DNA of 32,000 nucleotides from Candidatus Saccharimonadota bacterium (GCF_000709555.1 NZ_CP006873.1:270001-302000); one strand, 5' to 3'; positions 9,059 through 19,417 are shown, counted from the first letter of the stretch. A program made the numbers and translations. Notes: generated by a model from the sequence alone, not told the origin.

Positions 9059-10855
9059 ATGAAATTTATACGTAACTTCTGTATTATCGCTCATATAGAC
9101 CATGGAAAGAGCACCTTGGCAGATCGGTTGCTAGAACGAACGGGAACTATTTCTGATAAAGAAAAGAAAAACCAATTTCTTGATGACATGGACCTTGAAC
9201 GAGAACGTGGTATTACCATTAAAAGTCACGCTATTCAAATGAATTATAAGTATAAAGGAATCGATTATATACTTAACCTGATTGATACTCCAGGACATGT
9301 CGATTTTTCCTCAGAAGTATCGCGATCGATTACTGCTTGTGAAGGAGCTTTATTGATAGTGGATGCTGTGCAAGGCGTACAAGCCCAAACTATATCTAAT
9401 TTTTATCTCGCTCTAGAAAATAATTTAAAAATAATCCCTATACTTAATAAAATCGATTTACCAGGATCGAATCCTGAAAGAGTTGTTGTTGATATTGTAA
9501 ATCTTATAGGATGTTTACCTGAAGAAATAATTTATGCGAGCGCTAAAAAAAATATAGGAATTGATAAAATTCTAAATACTATAATAGAGAAAATTCCTCA
9601 TCCTCATGGAGATCCTATATCTCCATTACAAGCGTTGATTTTTGATTCTATCTATAACTCTTTTCGAGGAGTAGAGGCTTATTTTCGCGTTCTGAATGGT
9701 GAAATAAGGAAAGGACAGAAGATCAAATTCATGGGAACTGAAAAAATTTGTTCTGTAGATGAAATTGGAATTTTTAAATCAAAAAAAATTCCTATGGAAT
9801 CCATAGGTCCTGGAAATGTAGGCTATCTGATTCCAGGAATCAAAAATGTTTTAGAAATTAAAGTAGGTGATACTTTTACCTCAATTGATAATCCAGCAAC
9901 AAATCCAATCAAAGGGTTTAAAGAAGTAAAACCTATGGTATTTGCAGGAGTTTATCCAGTAGATAGTAAAGACTATGAAGAGTTGCGTACCTCCATTGAA
10001 AAATTACGATTGAACGATGTTTCTCTCACTTTTATTACAGAATCTTCCATAGCTCTTGGTTTGGGTTTTCGATGCGGATTTTTAGGTATGTTACATATGG
10101 AAATCATACGAGATCGGTTGCATCGTGAATACAATATTGCAGTAATAACAACCGTTCCGAATGTTGCCTATAAAGCTTTTTTAAAAAAATCTACTAAAAA
10201 ATTCCTTTGGGTGAATAATCCCTCGGACATGCCTCCTTCTTCTTTTTTAGAAAGAATAGAAGAGCCTTATATAAGAGCTTCGATCATCACCTTATGTGAA
10301 TATTTAGGTTCAATAATGTCTTTATGTATAAAAAAAAGAGGAATAATTAAGAATCAATCGTATATAACGCCTAGTAAGGTAGAACTTCTATTGGAAATTC
10401 CATTGGCTGAGGTAGTGTTTGATTTTTATGATAAACTTAAATCACTTTCTAAGGGATATGCTTCCTTTGATTATACTCCTATAGAGTATAGGACTTCCGA
10501 TCTAGTAAGAATAGATGTTCTTATCAATACTAAAACAATAGATGCTTTTTCTGCCATAGTGCCAAGAAGCAACGCTTTTTATATAGGTAAAAAAATGTGT
10601 GAAAAATTATACAAACTTATTCCAAGACAACAGTTTGAAATTCCTATACAAATAGCTATCGGAAGAAAAATTATTGCTAGTGAAACAATTAAGGCATTTA
10701 GAAAAGATGTGATAGCTAAATGTTACGGAGGAGATATTTCCCGAAAAAAAAAACTTATAGAAAAACAAAAAAAAGGTAAAAAAAAAATGCGGCAAATCGG
10801 GAAAATTGAAATACCGCAATTAGCTTTTATGACCATGCTGAAATTAGAGGATTAA
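9059..10855 (+). CDS. lepA: translation elongation factor 4 (LepA)
   Basis: 598 aa. GTPase motifs [17 protein letters not shown] and NKIDL, plus the LepA C-terminal domain. Confidence 0.97.
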   Translation: MKFIRNFCIIAHIDHGKSTLADRLLERTGTISDKEKKNQFLDDMDLERERGITIKSHAIQMNYKYKGIDYILNLIDTPGHVDFSSEVSRSITACEGALLIVDAVQGVQAQTISNFYLALENNLKIIPILNKIDLPGSNPERVVVDIVNLIGCLPEEIIYASAKKNIGIDKILNTIIEKIPHPHGDPISPLQALIFDSIYNSFRGVEAYFRVLNGEIRKGQKIKFMGTEKICSVDEIGIFKSKKIPMESIGPGNVGYLIPGIKNVLEIKVGDTFTSIDNPATNPIKGFKEVKPMVFAGVYPVDSKDYEELRTSIEKLRLNDVSLTFITESSIALGLGFRCGFLGMLHMEIIRDRLHREYNIAVITTVPNVAYKAFLKKSTKKFLWVNNPSDMPPSSFLERIEEPYIRASIITLCEYLGSIMSLCIKKRGIIKNQSYITPSKVELLLEIPLAEVVFDFYDKLKSLSKGYASFDYTPIEYRTSDLVRIDVLINTKTIDAFSAIVPRSNAFYIGKKMCEKLYKLIPRQQFEIPIQIAIGRKIIASETIKAFRKDVIAKCYGGDISRKKKLIEKQKKGKKKMRQIGKIEIPQLAFMTMLKLED

Positions 10856-10908
10856 TTATATAAAAAAAATAAAGTTGTATATTTATTATTTATTTTAATC
10901 CCCTTACC

Positions 10909-11223
10909 ATGTATGTCATTGTAGAGATAGCAGGGTTCCAATATAAAGTTTACCAAGACAGATTCGTATATATTCCTCGGTTAAAACAAAAAGAGGGAGA
11001 AAATGTAACTTTTAATCGAGTTCTTTTACTAGAGAGGTCTGGGGATGTTACCATAGGTACTCCATTTATAAAGAAAATACAAGTAATAGGAAAGGTCCTT
11101 TCGCATATTAAATCTGATAAAATCATAGTTTTTAAAAAAAAAAGAAGAAAAGGATATCAGATCAAACAGGGTCATAGACAGAAACTTACCAAATTAAAAA
11201 TTATTTCCATCAATATGGAATAA
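10909..11223 (+). CDS. rplU: 50S ribosomal protein L21
   Basis: 104 aa beginning MYVIVEIAGFQYKV, the typical L21 N-terminus. Located directly upstream of rpmA. Confidence 0.95.
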   Translation: MYVIVEIAGFQYKVYQDRFVYIPRLKQKEGENVTFNRVLLLERSGDVTIGTPFIKKIQVIGKVLSHIKSDKIIVFKKKRRKGYQIKQGHRQKLTKLKIISINME

Positions 11224-11249
11224 GTAAATAACTCAATAAATATATTCTA

Positions 11250-11507
11250 ATGGCTCATAAAAAAGGAGTAGGAAGTTCAAAAAATGGACGAGATTCAGCA
11301 AGTAAACGATTAGGAATAAAAATATTTGGAGGTCAAAAGGTCCAGCCTGGAAATATTATTGTTCGTCAAAGAGGAACTAAACACCGCCCGGGTAATCTAG
11401 TTTTTATGGGTAAAGATCATACTTTACACGCTGCAGAATTAGGATTAGTGAAGTTTTATAAAAAAAAAGGAAATTCCTACGTGTCTGTTATTAAAATGGA
11501 TAAATAA
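11250..11507 (+). CDS. rpmA: 50S ribosomal protein L27
   Basis: 85 aa beginning [16 protein letters not shown] with ...IIVRQRGTK, the canonical L27 signature. Confidence 0.97.
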   Translation: MAHKKGVGSSKNGRDSASKRLGIKIFGGQKVQPGNIIVRQRGTKHRPGNLVFMGKDHTLHAAELGLVKFYKKKGNSYVSVIKMDK

Positions 11508-11594
11508 AAATCCATCAATGGTTATTCTTTATGACTGGTTGCAGTTTAAATATTTTTGACCATTGTTTCACGTCCAAATATACTTAATAATTAT

Positions 11595-12869
11595 ATGTTA
11601 CAAGTATCATTTATACGAGAAAACCGGGAAAAAGTCATTGAAGGACTTAAAACACGTAAATTTTATAAAATTTATTTAATTGATAGAATCTTGTCTCTAG
11701 ATAAGGAAAAAAGAAAAATCCAATTTCAATATAATGAATATCTTGCAGCTTACAATAATCTCTCTAAAGAGATAGGTAAACTTTTCACAAATGGTAAAGG
11801 GACACAATCACTTCGTTCCCAATCTTTAAAATTAAAGTCAGAAATACATGAACTGAATAAAAAACTTTCCCAAAAGTCAAAGCTCCTAAAGGAAGCTTTG
11901 CTTAAAATTCCTAATATTCCTTATAAATTAGTTAAATCAAAATTTGTTTCTGAAAAAAATGAGATTCTTTATAATTGTCATTCTTCCCATTTATTAAATA
12001 AAAAGAAGCTCACTCATTGCGAGCTTGCTAATAAATTTCATCTGATCGATTGGAAATTAGGTGCAAACATAAGTAAATCAGGTTTTCCAGTATATATTGG
12101 TCAAGGTGCTCGGTTACAACGAGCACTTGTACAATATTTTCTTGATAAAAATATTCGTGCAGGTTATATCGAGTACGCTTTACCGTATATAGTAAATGAA
12201 TCTTCTGTACAAGGTACCGGACAATTGCCTGATAAAGAAGAACAAATGTATTATATAACTCGAGACTTTTTGTATCTAATTCCAACTGGAGAGATCCCAT
12301 TAATAAATTGTTTTCGGGATAAAATTTTGCCCGAAAATAAATTACCTATTAAAGCTACTACTTATACACCTTGTTTTCGAAGGGAGGCTGGTTCCTATGG
12401 AGCTAATGTTCGAGGACTTAATCGATTACATCAATTCGATAAAGTAGAAATTGTCCAGATTTCTACCCCTGAGACTTCTTCTGAGATTTTAGAAGAAATG
12501 GTCAAATATGTTCAAGGACTTTTAATGAATTTAAATTTACCCTTTCGATTGTTACGATTATGTGGTAGAGATATAGGTTTTACGTCGGCTATTACGTATG
12601 ATTTCGAAATATATTCATCGATACAGAAACGTTGGTTAGAAGTTAGTTCTATATCTAATTGTACTGATTTTCAAACTAATAGACTTAATATCCGATATAA
12701 AAATAACGGAGGAAAAATCCTGTTTTGCCATGCTCTTAATGGCAGTGCTTTAGCATTACCAAGAATTTTAGCAGTTCTTTTAGAAGAGAATCAGGATGAA
12801 AAAGAAATTCTTATTCCCAATGTCCTCGTTTCCTATACTGGATTTGAAAAAATTACTCTTCCTTTTTGA
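11595..12869 (+). CDS. serS: seryl-tRNA synthetase
   Basis: Class II motifs TGEIPL and FRREAGSYG. The track start at 11556 is a TTG. ATG 11595 gives MLQVSFIRENREKVIEGLK, the normal SerS N-terminus. Confidence 0.95.
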   Translation: MLQVSFIRENREKVIEGLKTRKFYKIYLIDRILSLDKEKRKIQFQYNEYLAAYNNLSKEIGKLFTNGKGTQSLRSQSLKLKSEIHELNKKLSQKSKLLKEALLKIPNIPYKLVKSKFVSEKNEILYNCHSSHLLNKKKLTHCELANKFHLIDWKLGANISKSGFPVYIGQGARLQRALVQYFLDKNIRAGYIEYALPYIVNESSVQGTGQLPDKEEQMYYITRDFLYLIPTGEIPLINCFRDKILPENKLPIKATTYTPCFRREAGSYGANVRGLNRLHQFDKVEIVQISTPETSSEILEEMVKYVQGLLMNLNLPFRLLRLCGRDIGFTSAITYDFEIYSSIQKRWLEVSSISNCTDFQTNRLNIRYKNNGGKILFCHALNGSALALPRILAVLLEENQDEKEILIPNVLVSYTGFEKITLPF

Positions 12870-12875
12870 GGTTTG

Positions 12876-13817
12876 ATGAAAGTCACGGAATACATAGAAC
12901 GTGCTAAAACCACATTATTATCTTTCGAGATTCTTCCTCCTTTGATTGGAAGAAGTATTTTAGATATTTTTGATGTGCTAGATCCTCTGATGGAATTTAA
13001 TCCTCCTTTTATAAATGTGACTTATCATCGGGAAGAATATGGAATAAAGAAGCTGAGAAAAAAGAAAAAATTTTCTAGAAGACCAGGGACAATGGCTATC
13101 TGTGCAGCTATTATGAATAAGTATGGAGTAGATCCCGTTCCCCATATACTTTGTGGAGTATTTAACAAAAAACGGACAGAAAATATTTTAATCGATCTCT
13201 GGTTATCAGGCATAAGAAATATTTTCGTGCTTAGAGGAGATACGATGAATTTTGAAAAAAAAAATGTACCGGAACATAATGTACATAACCATTCGGTTGA
13301 TTTGGTAAAACAAATATACTACCTAAATAAGGGAATATATCTAGATAAAAACTTTATAGGTGTACATACCACGGATTTTTGTATCGGTGTAACTGGTTAT
13401 CCAGAAAAACATTTTGAATCTCCTAATATGAATGAAGATATTTTTCATATAAGGAAAAAGATTACATCTGGAGCAGACTATATTATTACACAAATGTTTT
13501 TTGATAATACCAAATATTTTAATTTCGTATCTCGTTGTAGGTCAGAAGGATTAACTGTACCTATTATTCCTGGAATAAAGCCCATTTCTTCCAAATCCCA
13601 ACTATGGAATATTCCTGCTCATTTTTATATCAATCTCCCTCATGAACTTGTTTGTGAAGTGCAACGGGCTAAGAATAATAAAGATGTATCTAGGATCGGC
13701 ATAGAATGGGCTATTCAACAATCCAAAGAACTAAAAAAATACGGGATCCCTGTGATACACTATTATACTATGAGTAACCCTCATAACGTTTATGAAATAG
13801 TGAAAAATATTTGTTAA
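12876..13817 (+). CDS. metF: 5,10-methylenetetrahydrofolate reductase
   Basis: SFEILPP...FINVTYHREEY...ADYIITQMFFD is Bacteroidota-type MetF. The ATG at 12876 is one codon after the TTG used by the track. Confidence 0.9.
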   Translation: MKVTEYIERAKTTLLSFEILPPLIGRSILDIFDVLDPLMEFNPPFINVTYHREEYGIKKLRKKKKFSRRPGTMAICAAIMNKYGVDPVPHILCGVFNKKRTENILIDLWLSGIRNIFVLRGDTMNFEKKNVPEHNVHNHSVDLVKQIYYLNKGIYLDKNFIGVHTTDFCIGVTGYPEKHFESPNMNEDIFHIRKKITSGADYIITQMFFDNTKYFNFVSRCRSEGLTVPIIPGIKPISSKSQLWNIPAHFYINLPHELVCEVQRAKNNKDVSRIGIEWAIQQSKELKKYGIPVIHYYTMSNPHNVYEIVKNIC

Positions 13818-13875
13818 TCCAGAAATGTTATGGATCAGCTGTGATAATAATTTACCTCTAAAGTAAATCATTCTT

Positions 13876-14430
13876 ATGGAAGAGGTTCAACAAATTCTTT
13901 CTCTTAGTAAGAAAGAAATGGAAAAATCTCTAGAACATCTTAAAACCGATTTTTCCAAGATCCGGACTGGAAAAGCTAACCCAAATATGCTTGACACAAT
14001 AAAAGTAGAATATTACGGAGTTATTACTGCATTAAATAAAATAGCCAACATTAGTATCATAGATTCGACAACTTTAAGTATTTATCCTTGGGAACGTAGT
14101 CTATTGTCTTCTATAGAGAGAGCTCTAATTAATGCTAATATAGGATTTACCCCAATGAATAATGGAGAAGCCATTATTATTCATTTTCCACCTATAACGG
14201 AAGAACGTAGAAAAGAATTAGTGAAAATAGCTAAGGAAGAAGCAGAATTAGGAAAAGTAAGTATTCGAAATGTAAGAAAAGAAACTAACCATCTTTTAAA
14301 GAAAAACAAAAATATTTCTGAAGATTTGTTAGAACTTTCTGAAGAGAAAGTGCAAAAAATTACCAATACTTATATTCATCAAATAGATGAACTTCTTGCT
14401 GGAAAAGCAAAAGAAATTATGACGATATAA
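13876..14430 (+). CDS. frr: ribosome recycling factor
   Basis: 184 aa with RRF blocks FSKIRTGKANPNMLD and ISIRNVRKE. Confidence 0.96.
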   Translation: MEEVQQILSLSKKEMEKSLEHLKTDFSKIRTGKANPNMLDTIKVEYYGVITALNKIANISIIDSTTLSIYPWERSLLSSIERALINANIGFTPMNNGEAIIIHFPPITEERRKELVKIAKEEAELGKVSIRNVRKETNHLLKKNKNISEDLLELSEEKVQKITNTYIHQIDELLAGKAKEIMTI

Positions 14431-14437
14431 TCCTTTA

Positions 14438-15856
14438 ATGAAAGTCTTTTCTATTAAAGAGTTACTGGATGAAAGTCCATCTCTTATGACAAAAGAAGTT
14501 TTTGTAAATGGTTGGGTAAAATCTGTTAGAAGTCGACGTTTTATTGATTTGAATGATGGTTCTACTATAAAAGATTTACAAATAGTAATAGAAGGGTCAA
14601 AATTTGCTTCAGATTTTCTAAAAAAAATTACTATAGGCATTGCTTTACGAGTTTTTGGAACTATTGTAATAAGTTTAGGAAAAAAACAATCTATTGAAAT
14701 TATTGCTAAAGAAATTAAAATATATAGCGAAATATCCCATAATTACTTACGTGGAACTATTTTACAACCCAAACATCATAGCTTCGAAAAGCTTCGAGAA
14801 CAAGCTCATCTTCGTTTTCGGACCAGATTGTTTAGTGCTATTCTGAGGATTAGACATCAATTGGCTTTTTCTATACATCATTTTTTTCATAAACATAATT
14901 TCTATTATATACATACTCCCATTATTACTACTTCGGACGCTGAAGGCGCTGGTAAAATGTTCCGAATTACTTCTTTTAACCTGGAAAATATTCCTAATCA
15001 TGGTTATCTAGATGATTTCTTTGGGTGTTCTACATATCTGACCGTGTCTGGACAACTTGCTGGAGAAACTGCTGCTATGGCTTTAGGAAAGATTTATACG
15101 TTTGGACCTACTTTTCGTGCAGAAAATTCCAATACTTCACGACATCTATCCGAATTTTGGATGGTAGAACCTGAAATGGCCTTCTATGAATTAGAAGACA
15201 ATATGGATTTAGCCGAAACTCTTCTCAAGAGTCTCCTAAATGATGTTTTAAATAATTGCGTTGAAGATTTAGATTTTCTTAATTGGTCTTTTATTAAAAA
15301 TCAGAAACCAAAATTTGAAGGACAAAATATTGTCGAAATTTTATACTTTATAAAGCAACACTCTTTTGCTAGGGTTAGTTACAGCGAAGCTATTGAGATT
15401 TTATTATCTAGTAACTTAAATAAGAAAGGGAAATTTAAATATCCAATACGCTGGGGAATGGATTTACAATCAGAACATGAACGATTTTTGGTAGACAAAT
15501 ATTTTGGGGTCCCGGTTATTATATTTGATTATCCAGCAGACATTAAGGCTTTTTATATGCGAATAAATGATGATAGTAAGACCGTTAGAGCCATGGATGT
15601 CCTATTTCCTAGAATAGGAGAAATTATAGGAGGGTCTCAACGTGAAGAGAGATATGATATTTTATTAAATCGTATGAAAGCATTTCAGATCGATGAAAAA
15701 GTCCTTTGGTGGTATTTAGACACGCGGCGGTTTGGTTCAGCTCCACATAGTGGGTTCGGTTTAGGTTTGGAACGTCTTGTGCAATTTACTACAGGTATGA
15801 GCAATATTAGAGATGTCATTCCTTATCCTAGAACTCCTAAACACGCAGATTTTTAG
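14438..15856 (+). CDS. asnS: asparaginyl-tRNA synthetase
   Basis: 472 aa. Class IIb motifs FRAENSNTSRHLSEFWMVEPE, GGSQREER and GFGLGLERL. Confidence 0.96.
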   Translation: MKVFSIKELLDESPSLMTKEVFVNGWVKSVRSRRFIDLNDGSTIKDLQIVIEGSKFASDFLKKITIGIALRVFGTIVISLGKKQSIEIIAKEIKIYSEISHNYLRGTILQPKHHSFEKLREQAHLRFRTRLFSAILRIRHQLAFSIHHFFHKHNFYYIHTPIITTSDAEGAGKMFRITSFNLENIPNHGYLDDFFGCSTYLTVSGQLAGETAAMALGKIYTFGPTFRAENSNTSRHLSEFWMVEPEMAFYELEDNMDLAETLLKSLLNDVLNNCVEDLDFLNWSFIKNQKPKFEGQNIVEILYFIKQHSFARVSYSEAIEILLSSNLNKKGKFKYPIRWGMDLQSEHERFLVDKYFGVPVIIFDYPADIKAFYMRINDDSKTVRAMDVLFPRIGEIIGGSQREERYDILLNRMKAFQIDEKVLWWYLDTRRFGSAPHSGFGLGLERLVQFTTGMSNIRDVIPYPRTPKHADF

Positions 15857-15859
15857 AAA

Positions 15860-17323
15860 ATGTTTAAACAAAACTTGCAACAGAAAGTTCAACAAAAACT
15901 TTCTCCGAAACAGATCCAATTCATGCAACTTGTGCAGCTTCCTGTTTTAGCCTTCGAAGAGAGACTTCACCAAGAAATTGAAGAAAATCCTGTATTAGAA
16001 TCTTGTCTCAATGAAGAAGGTGAACATTCTGATGAATTATCCTCTTTGGAGGAAGATGCTCAAATTATAGATGTCTCTGATGTAAATATTGATTCATATC
16101 TCAGTGACGATGATCTTCCAGATTATAGAACCCATAAGATAAGTTCTTATGATAAAATTATCTCCTTTTCTACGGGAACTCTGAATAGTTTTTATGAACA
16201 TCTTAAACAGCAGTTACATGGTTTTAAATTGAGTGATAAAGATGTTATTATAGTAGATTTTATTTTAGGAAACTTGGATGAAGATGGTTATTTACGTAGA
16301 AACCCTGAGGATTTATCCGATGATATAACCTGGACCACAGGAATCAAAGTGGATAAAGAAAAAGTAAACAATTTACTTGTAAATTGCGTTCAAAAATTAT
16401 ATCCTTTAGGAATAGGAGCAAAAGATCTTAAGGAGTGTCTTTTAATTCAAATACAAAAGAAACCTTCAAGTCCATCAATTGATTTAGCAAAAAATATTAT
16501 CCTCCTGGATTTTGAGTCTTTTTCTAAAAAACATTATGAAAAGTTGCGGGAACGTTATCATGTAACATATGAAATGCTTCGAAAAGCTCTTTATCAGATA
16601 GAACGTTTAGATCCAAAGCCTGGGAAAACATATGCTAACTTGCAGGTTCAGGATGCTACAACACATATAGTTCCTGATTTTTTACTTAATATTGTAAATG
16701 GTGAATTAGAAATTTCTTTAACTAAACCGAGTTCATTAGAACTGAGAATATCGCCTTCATATGTAGAGATGTTTCGTTCATATCAGCAAGGTCAGAAGTC
16801 TTTTTATCATCCCGTACGTTTTATTAAACAAAAACTTGATGCAGCAAAATGGTTTCTCGATGCGGTTAAACATAGAGAACAAACTTTGTTATTAACAATG
16901 AATGCTATTATTGATTATCAAAAGGAATATTTTCTTAGTGGGGACAAGAAACAAATTCGGCCAATGGTATTGAAAGATATCGCTATTAACATTAACATGG
17001 ATATTTCCACTATCTCACGGGTGGTAAATAGTAAATATCTTGAAACACCTTATGGTCTCTTTCTTCTAAAAGATTTTTTTTCTGACAAAATGATTAATCA
17101 AAAGGGAGAAGAAATTTCAACCATTGAGATAAGAAATATCCTTTCCAATTTTATTACTCAAGAGAATAAAAAATTACCTTTTACCGATGAAAAATTAACT
17201 ACTTTACTTAGAGAAAAAGGCTATCATATAGCTAGGAGGACTGTCTCCAAATATAGAGAGCAGCTTAATATTCCTGTAGCACGATTGCGAAAATTTGTTT
17301 TATATAAAAAATGTCACCTTTGA
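15860..17323 (+). CDS. rpoN: RNA polymerase sigma-54 factor
   Basis: 487 aa. N-terminal Gln/Leu-rich region (QQKVQQKLSPKQIQFMQL) and a C-terminal RpoN box ARRTVSKYREQLNIP. Confidence 0.95.
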   Translation: MFKQNLQQKVQQKLSPKQIQFMQLVQLPVLAFEERLHQEIEENPVLESCLNEEGEHSDELSSLEEDAQIIDVSDVNIDSYLSDDDLPDYRTHKISSYDKIISFSTGTLNSFYEHLKQQLHGFKLSDKDVIIVDFILGNLDEDGYLRRNPEDLSDDITWTTGIKVDKEKVNNLLVNCVQKLYPLGIGAKDLKECLLIQIQKKPSSPSIDLAKNIILLDFESFSKKHYEKLRERYHVTYEMLRKALYQIERLDPKPGKTYANLQVQDATTHIVPDFLLNIVNGELEISLTKPSSLELRISPSYVEMFRSYQQGQKSFYHPVRFIKQKLDAAKWFLDAVKHREQTLLLTMNAIIDYQKEYFLSGDKKQIRPMVLKDIAININMDISTISRVVNSKYLETPYGLFLLKDFFSDKMINQKGEEISTIEIRNILSNFITQENKKLPFTDEKLTTLLREKGYHIARRTVSKYREQLNIPVARLRKFVLYKKCHL

Positions 17324-17615
17324 AAAACTGAAAATACGGTTCTGACTGGAAAAAATGAATAAAAAATATTATTATACGTGGACGAGATCAGATGATTACA
17401 CGATATTGTAGATGACGTAGGGGAGACTGCAGCTGTAGATGCTACGATTAATTACTGTATGCTTGTAAAATACACGGACAGCAAATTATAATGGTTTACC
17501 TGAGATATTACTTATTGATGAATGGCGTTATGGGCAATCTCTACAACGGACTCATATAGAAAAATAAAATTTGAACTCATTTTTTAGTAAAAAATGATTA
17601 TATTTACAATTGGAT
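17324..17615. other. ORF-free spacer of locally elevated GC; probable unassigned gene relic
   Basis: 292 bp with stops in all frames. GC is roughly 40% in 17381-17460 against about 30% in flanking genes. The longest readable fragment is NTRTANYNGLPEILLIDEWRYGQSLQRTHIEK* (plus strand, ending 17567). I recognise no RNA-gene signature. Confidence 0.3.
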
Positions 17616-17688
17616 TGCGGGGTGGAGCAGTTGGAAGCTCGTCGGGCTCATAATCCGAAGGTCACAGGTTCGAATCCTGTTCCCGCTA
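17616..17688 (+). tRNA. tRNA-Met, initiator type (anticodon CAT)
   Basis: The hand-folded cloverleaf is acceptor TGCGGGG/TCCCGCT, D arm GAGC-AGTTGGAA-GCTC, anticodon arm TCGGG-CTCATAA-TCCGA and T arm ACAGG-TTCGAAT-CCTGT. It is near-identical in layout to E. coli tRNA-fMet, including a 1x72 mismatch. No CCA is encoded. Confidence 0.9.
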
Positions 17689-17745
17689 CTATTGCGTTTC
17701 TACAATTCTGCCCTACAATTCGTACTCCGGATTCATACTCTAACG

Positions 17746-17830
17746 TGCCCAAAGCGGGATTCGAACCCGCACGGTCACAATGACCACTGGATTTTGAGTC
17801 CAGCGCGTCTACCCATTACGCCATTTGGGC
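17746..17830 (-). tRNA. tRNA-Leu (anticodon CAA)
   Basis: The minus strand reads GCCCAAATGGCGTAATGGGTAGACGCGCTGGACTCAAAATCCAGTGGTCATTGTGACCGTGCGGGTTCGAATCCCGCTTTGGGCA. It is a class II tRNA with a long variable arm and anticodon loop CTCAAAA. Confidence 0.92.
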
Positions 17831-17920
17831 ATAAATATAAATATATATATAAAAGGGGTTTTTTATCCATTCGACGACACGTCAATTAACATAAGGATTA
17901 GTATTCTCATAAAAAAAGAG

Positions 17921-19417
17921 ATGAAAAATATGAGAGTTCGTTTTGCTCCAAGTCCGACAGGACCATTGCATTTAGGTAGTCTCAGGACAGCTCTTTACAA
18001 TTATTTATTAGCAAAAAAACATAAAGGTGATTTTATTCTTAGAATAGAAGATACTGATCAGGATAGAATTGTTCCAGGATCTGAAGATTATATAATAGAA
18101 GCGTTGAATTGGTGTGGATTGACTCCTAATGAAAGTCCCTCTAATATTGGAAATTATGGCCCTTATCGTCAATCCGAACGGAAGCCCTTATATGATGTTT
18201 ATATTCGTCAACTGATCGATAAGGGACATGCTTATTATGCTTTTGACGCTCTAGAAAGAATAAATACTTTGAGGGAAAAAATAAAAGGAGAAGTCTTTTC
18301 TTATAATGAAAAAACCAGACTCCAAATGGATAATTCATTGTCCATGACTTCTCAAGAACTATCCCATCGGTTACAACAAGGACCCCAGTATGTTATACGT
18401 TTCAAAACAAACACTATAAATGAATGTTTCATCCTTCATGATGAAGTCAGAGGAAAACTTAAGATTAATACTAAGACCTTGGAGGATAAAATTCTAGTAA
18501 AATCTGATGGAATGCCTACCTATCATTTAGCCAATGTTATAGATGATCATCTGATGAAAATAACGCATGTAATTCGTGGAGAAGAATGGTTATCTTCATT
18601 ACCTCTTCATATACTATTGTATAAAGCACTAGGTTGGGAAATACCTTGTTTTGCGCATTTACCTCTAATTTTTAAACCTGAAGGTAAAGGAAAACTTAGT
18701 AAAAGAGATGGTGAACGTCTCGGATTCCCAGTTTTTCCTTTAAATTGGAAAGATAGTTTAGGATGTAGAGAAAAGGGGTATTTTCCGGAAGCGTTTATTA
18801 ATATCATTGCCCTTTTGGGTTGGAATCCTGGAGGAGAACAAGAAATCTTTTCGTTAGATGAGTTAATCGATAAATTTTCTTTACAAAGAGTTAGTAAATC
18901 TGGAGCGCGTTTTGATAAAGAAAAAGCTAAATGGATTAATCAACAATACTTACGTAAGAAACCTATTGAAGAACTTATTTCATTATTTCATAAAGAACTT
19001 GAAAAGCATAAAATTATTTATAAAGATGAATACCTTAGAAAAATTATTGAAGCTGTAAAAGAAAGAGCTCATTTTATTAGTGAAATATGGGACCATTCTT
19101 ATTATTTTTTTGAATCTCCGAATCAATATGATGTTAAGTCTATAAAAAAGGTAGAACCTCTGAAGAATATTTTTCTTTTAAAGAAAATAACACAACCACT
19201 TTCAAAGTGGCATAATTTTTATGCATCTACACTTAAAAAAACTTTTGAAGATTTTATCCAAAAAAAACAATTGTGTTTTAGTAAAATGATACAGCAGATG
19301 CGTTTAGCATTAGTAGGGACCCTACAAGGTCCAGATATATTTTTGATCATGGAAATGATTGGAAAGGAAGAAACTCTAAAAAGAGTGTACCGTTTCATTC
19401 AAATGTTTTCTGTATAA
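17921..19417 (+). CDS. gltX: glutamyl-tRNA synthetase
   Basis: MKNMRVRFAPSPTGPLHLGSLRTALYNY (HIGH region) and GKLSKRDG (KMSKS). The track ORF starting at 17825 begins inside tRNA-Leu and is over-extended. ATG 17921 is the likely start, with in-frame ATG 17930 as an alternative. Confidence 0.95.
   Translation: MKNMRVRFAPSPTGPLHLGSLRTALYNYLLAKKHKGDFILRIEDTDQDRIVPGSEDYIIEALNWCGLTPNESPSNIGNYGPYRQSERKPLYDVYIRQLIDKGHAYYAFDALERINTLREKIKGEVFSYNEKTRLQMDNSLSMTSQELSHRLQQGPQYVIRFKTNTINECFILHDEVRGKLKINTKTLEDKILVKSDGMPTYHLANVIDDHLMKITHVIRGEEWLSSLPLHILLYKALGWEIPCFAHLPLIFKPEGKGKLSKRDGERLGFPVFPLNWKDSLGCREKGYFPEAFINIIALLGWNPGGEQEIFSLDELIDKFSLQRVSKSGARFDKEKAKWINQQYLRKKPIEELISLFHKELEKHKIIYKDEYLRKIIEAVKERAHFISEIWDHSYYFFESPNQYDVKSIKKVEPLKNIFLLKKITQPLSKWHNFYASTLKKTFEDFIQKKQLCFSKMIQQMRLALVGTLQGPDIFLIMEMIGKEETLKRVYRFIQMFSV

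Noticed and set aside
9117-9131. TGGCAG-N5-TTGC, a near-consensus sigma-54 -24/-12 element.
   Set aside because: It lies inside lepA codons for the conserved STLADRLL segment, with no downstream gene start. It is most likely a by-product of the coding sequence.
11556-11594. Long 5' extensions from TTG starts in the track for serS (11556), leuB (22325), sufD (6433) and metF (12873).
   Set aside because: The extensions add non-conserved residues, and for leuB and sufD they overlap the upstream gene. Downstream ATGs reproduce the canonical N-termini.
17324-17615. Possible tmRNA, RNase P RNA or 6S RNA next to tRNA-fMet.
   Set aside because: There is no tRNA-like 3' end (no GGTTCGA T-loop outside the two tRNAs). 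There is no RNase P P4 motif (GAGGAAAGTCC) and no tag-peptide ORF ending in ..ALAA.
17700-17721. Direct repeat CTACAATTC x2 (13-nt period) between the convergent tRNA-fMet and tRNA-Leu.
   Set aside because: It is only 9 nt, occurs twice, and has no dyad or terminator structure. It is too short to distinguish from chance in AT-rich DNA.
17692-17920. Track ORF 17692..17889 (+) and the first 32 codons of ORF 17825..19417.
   Set aside because: They run through tRNA-Leu(CAA) (17746-17830) and its flanks. GluRS homology only begins at MKNMRVRFAPSPTG (ATG 17921).
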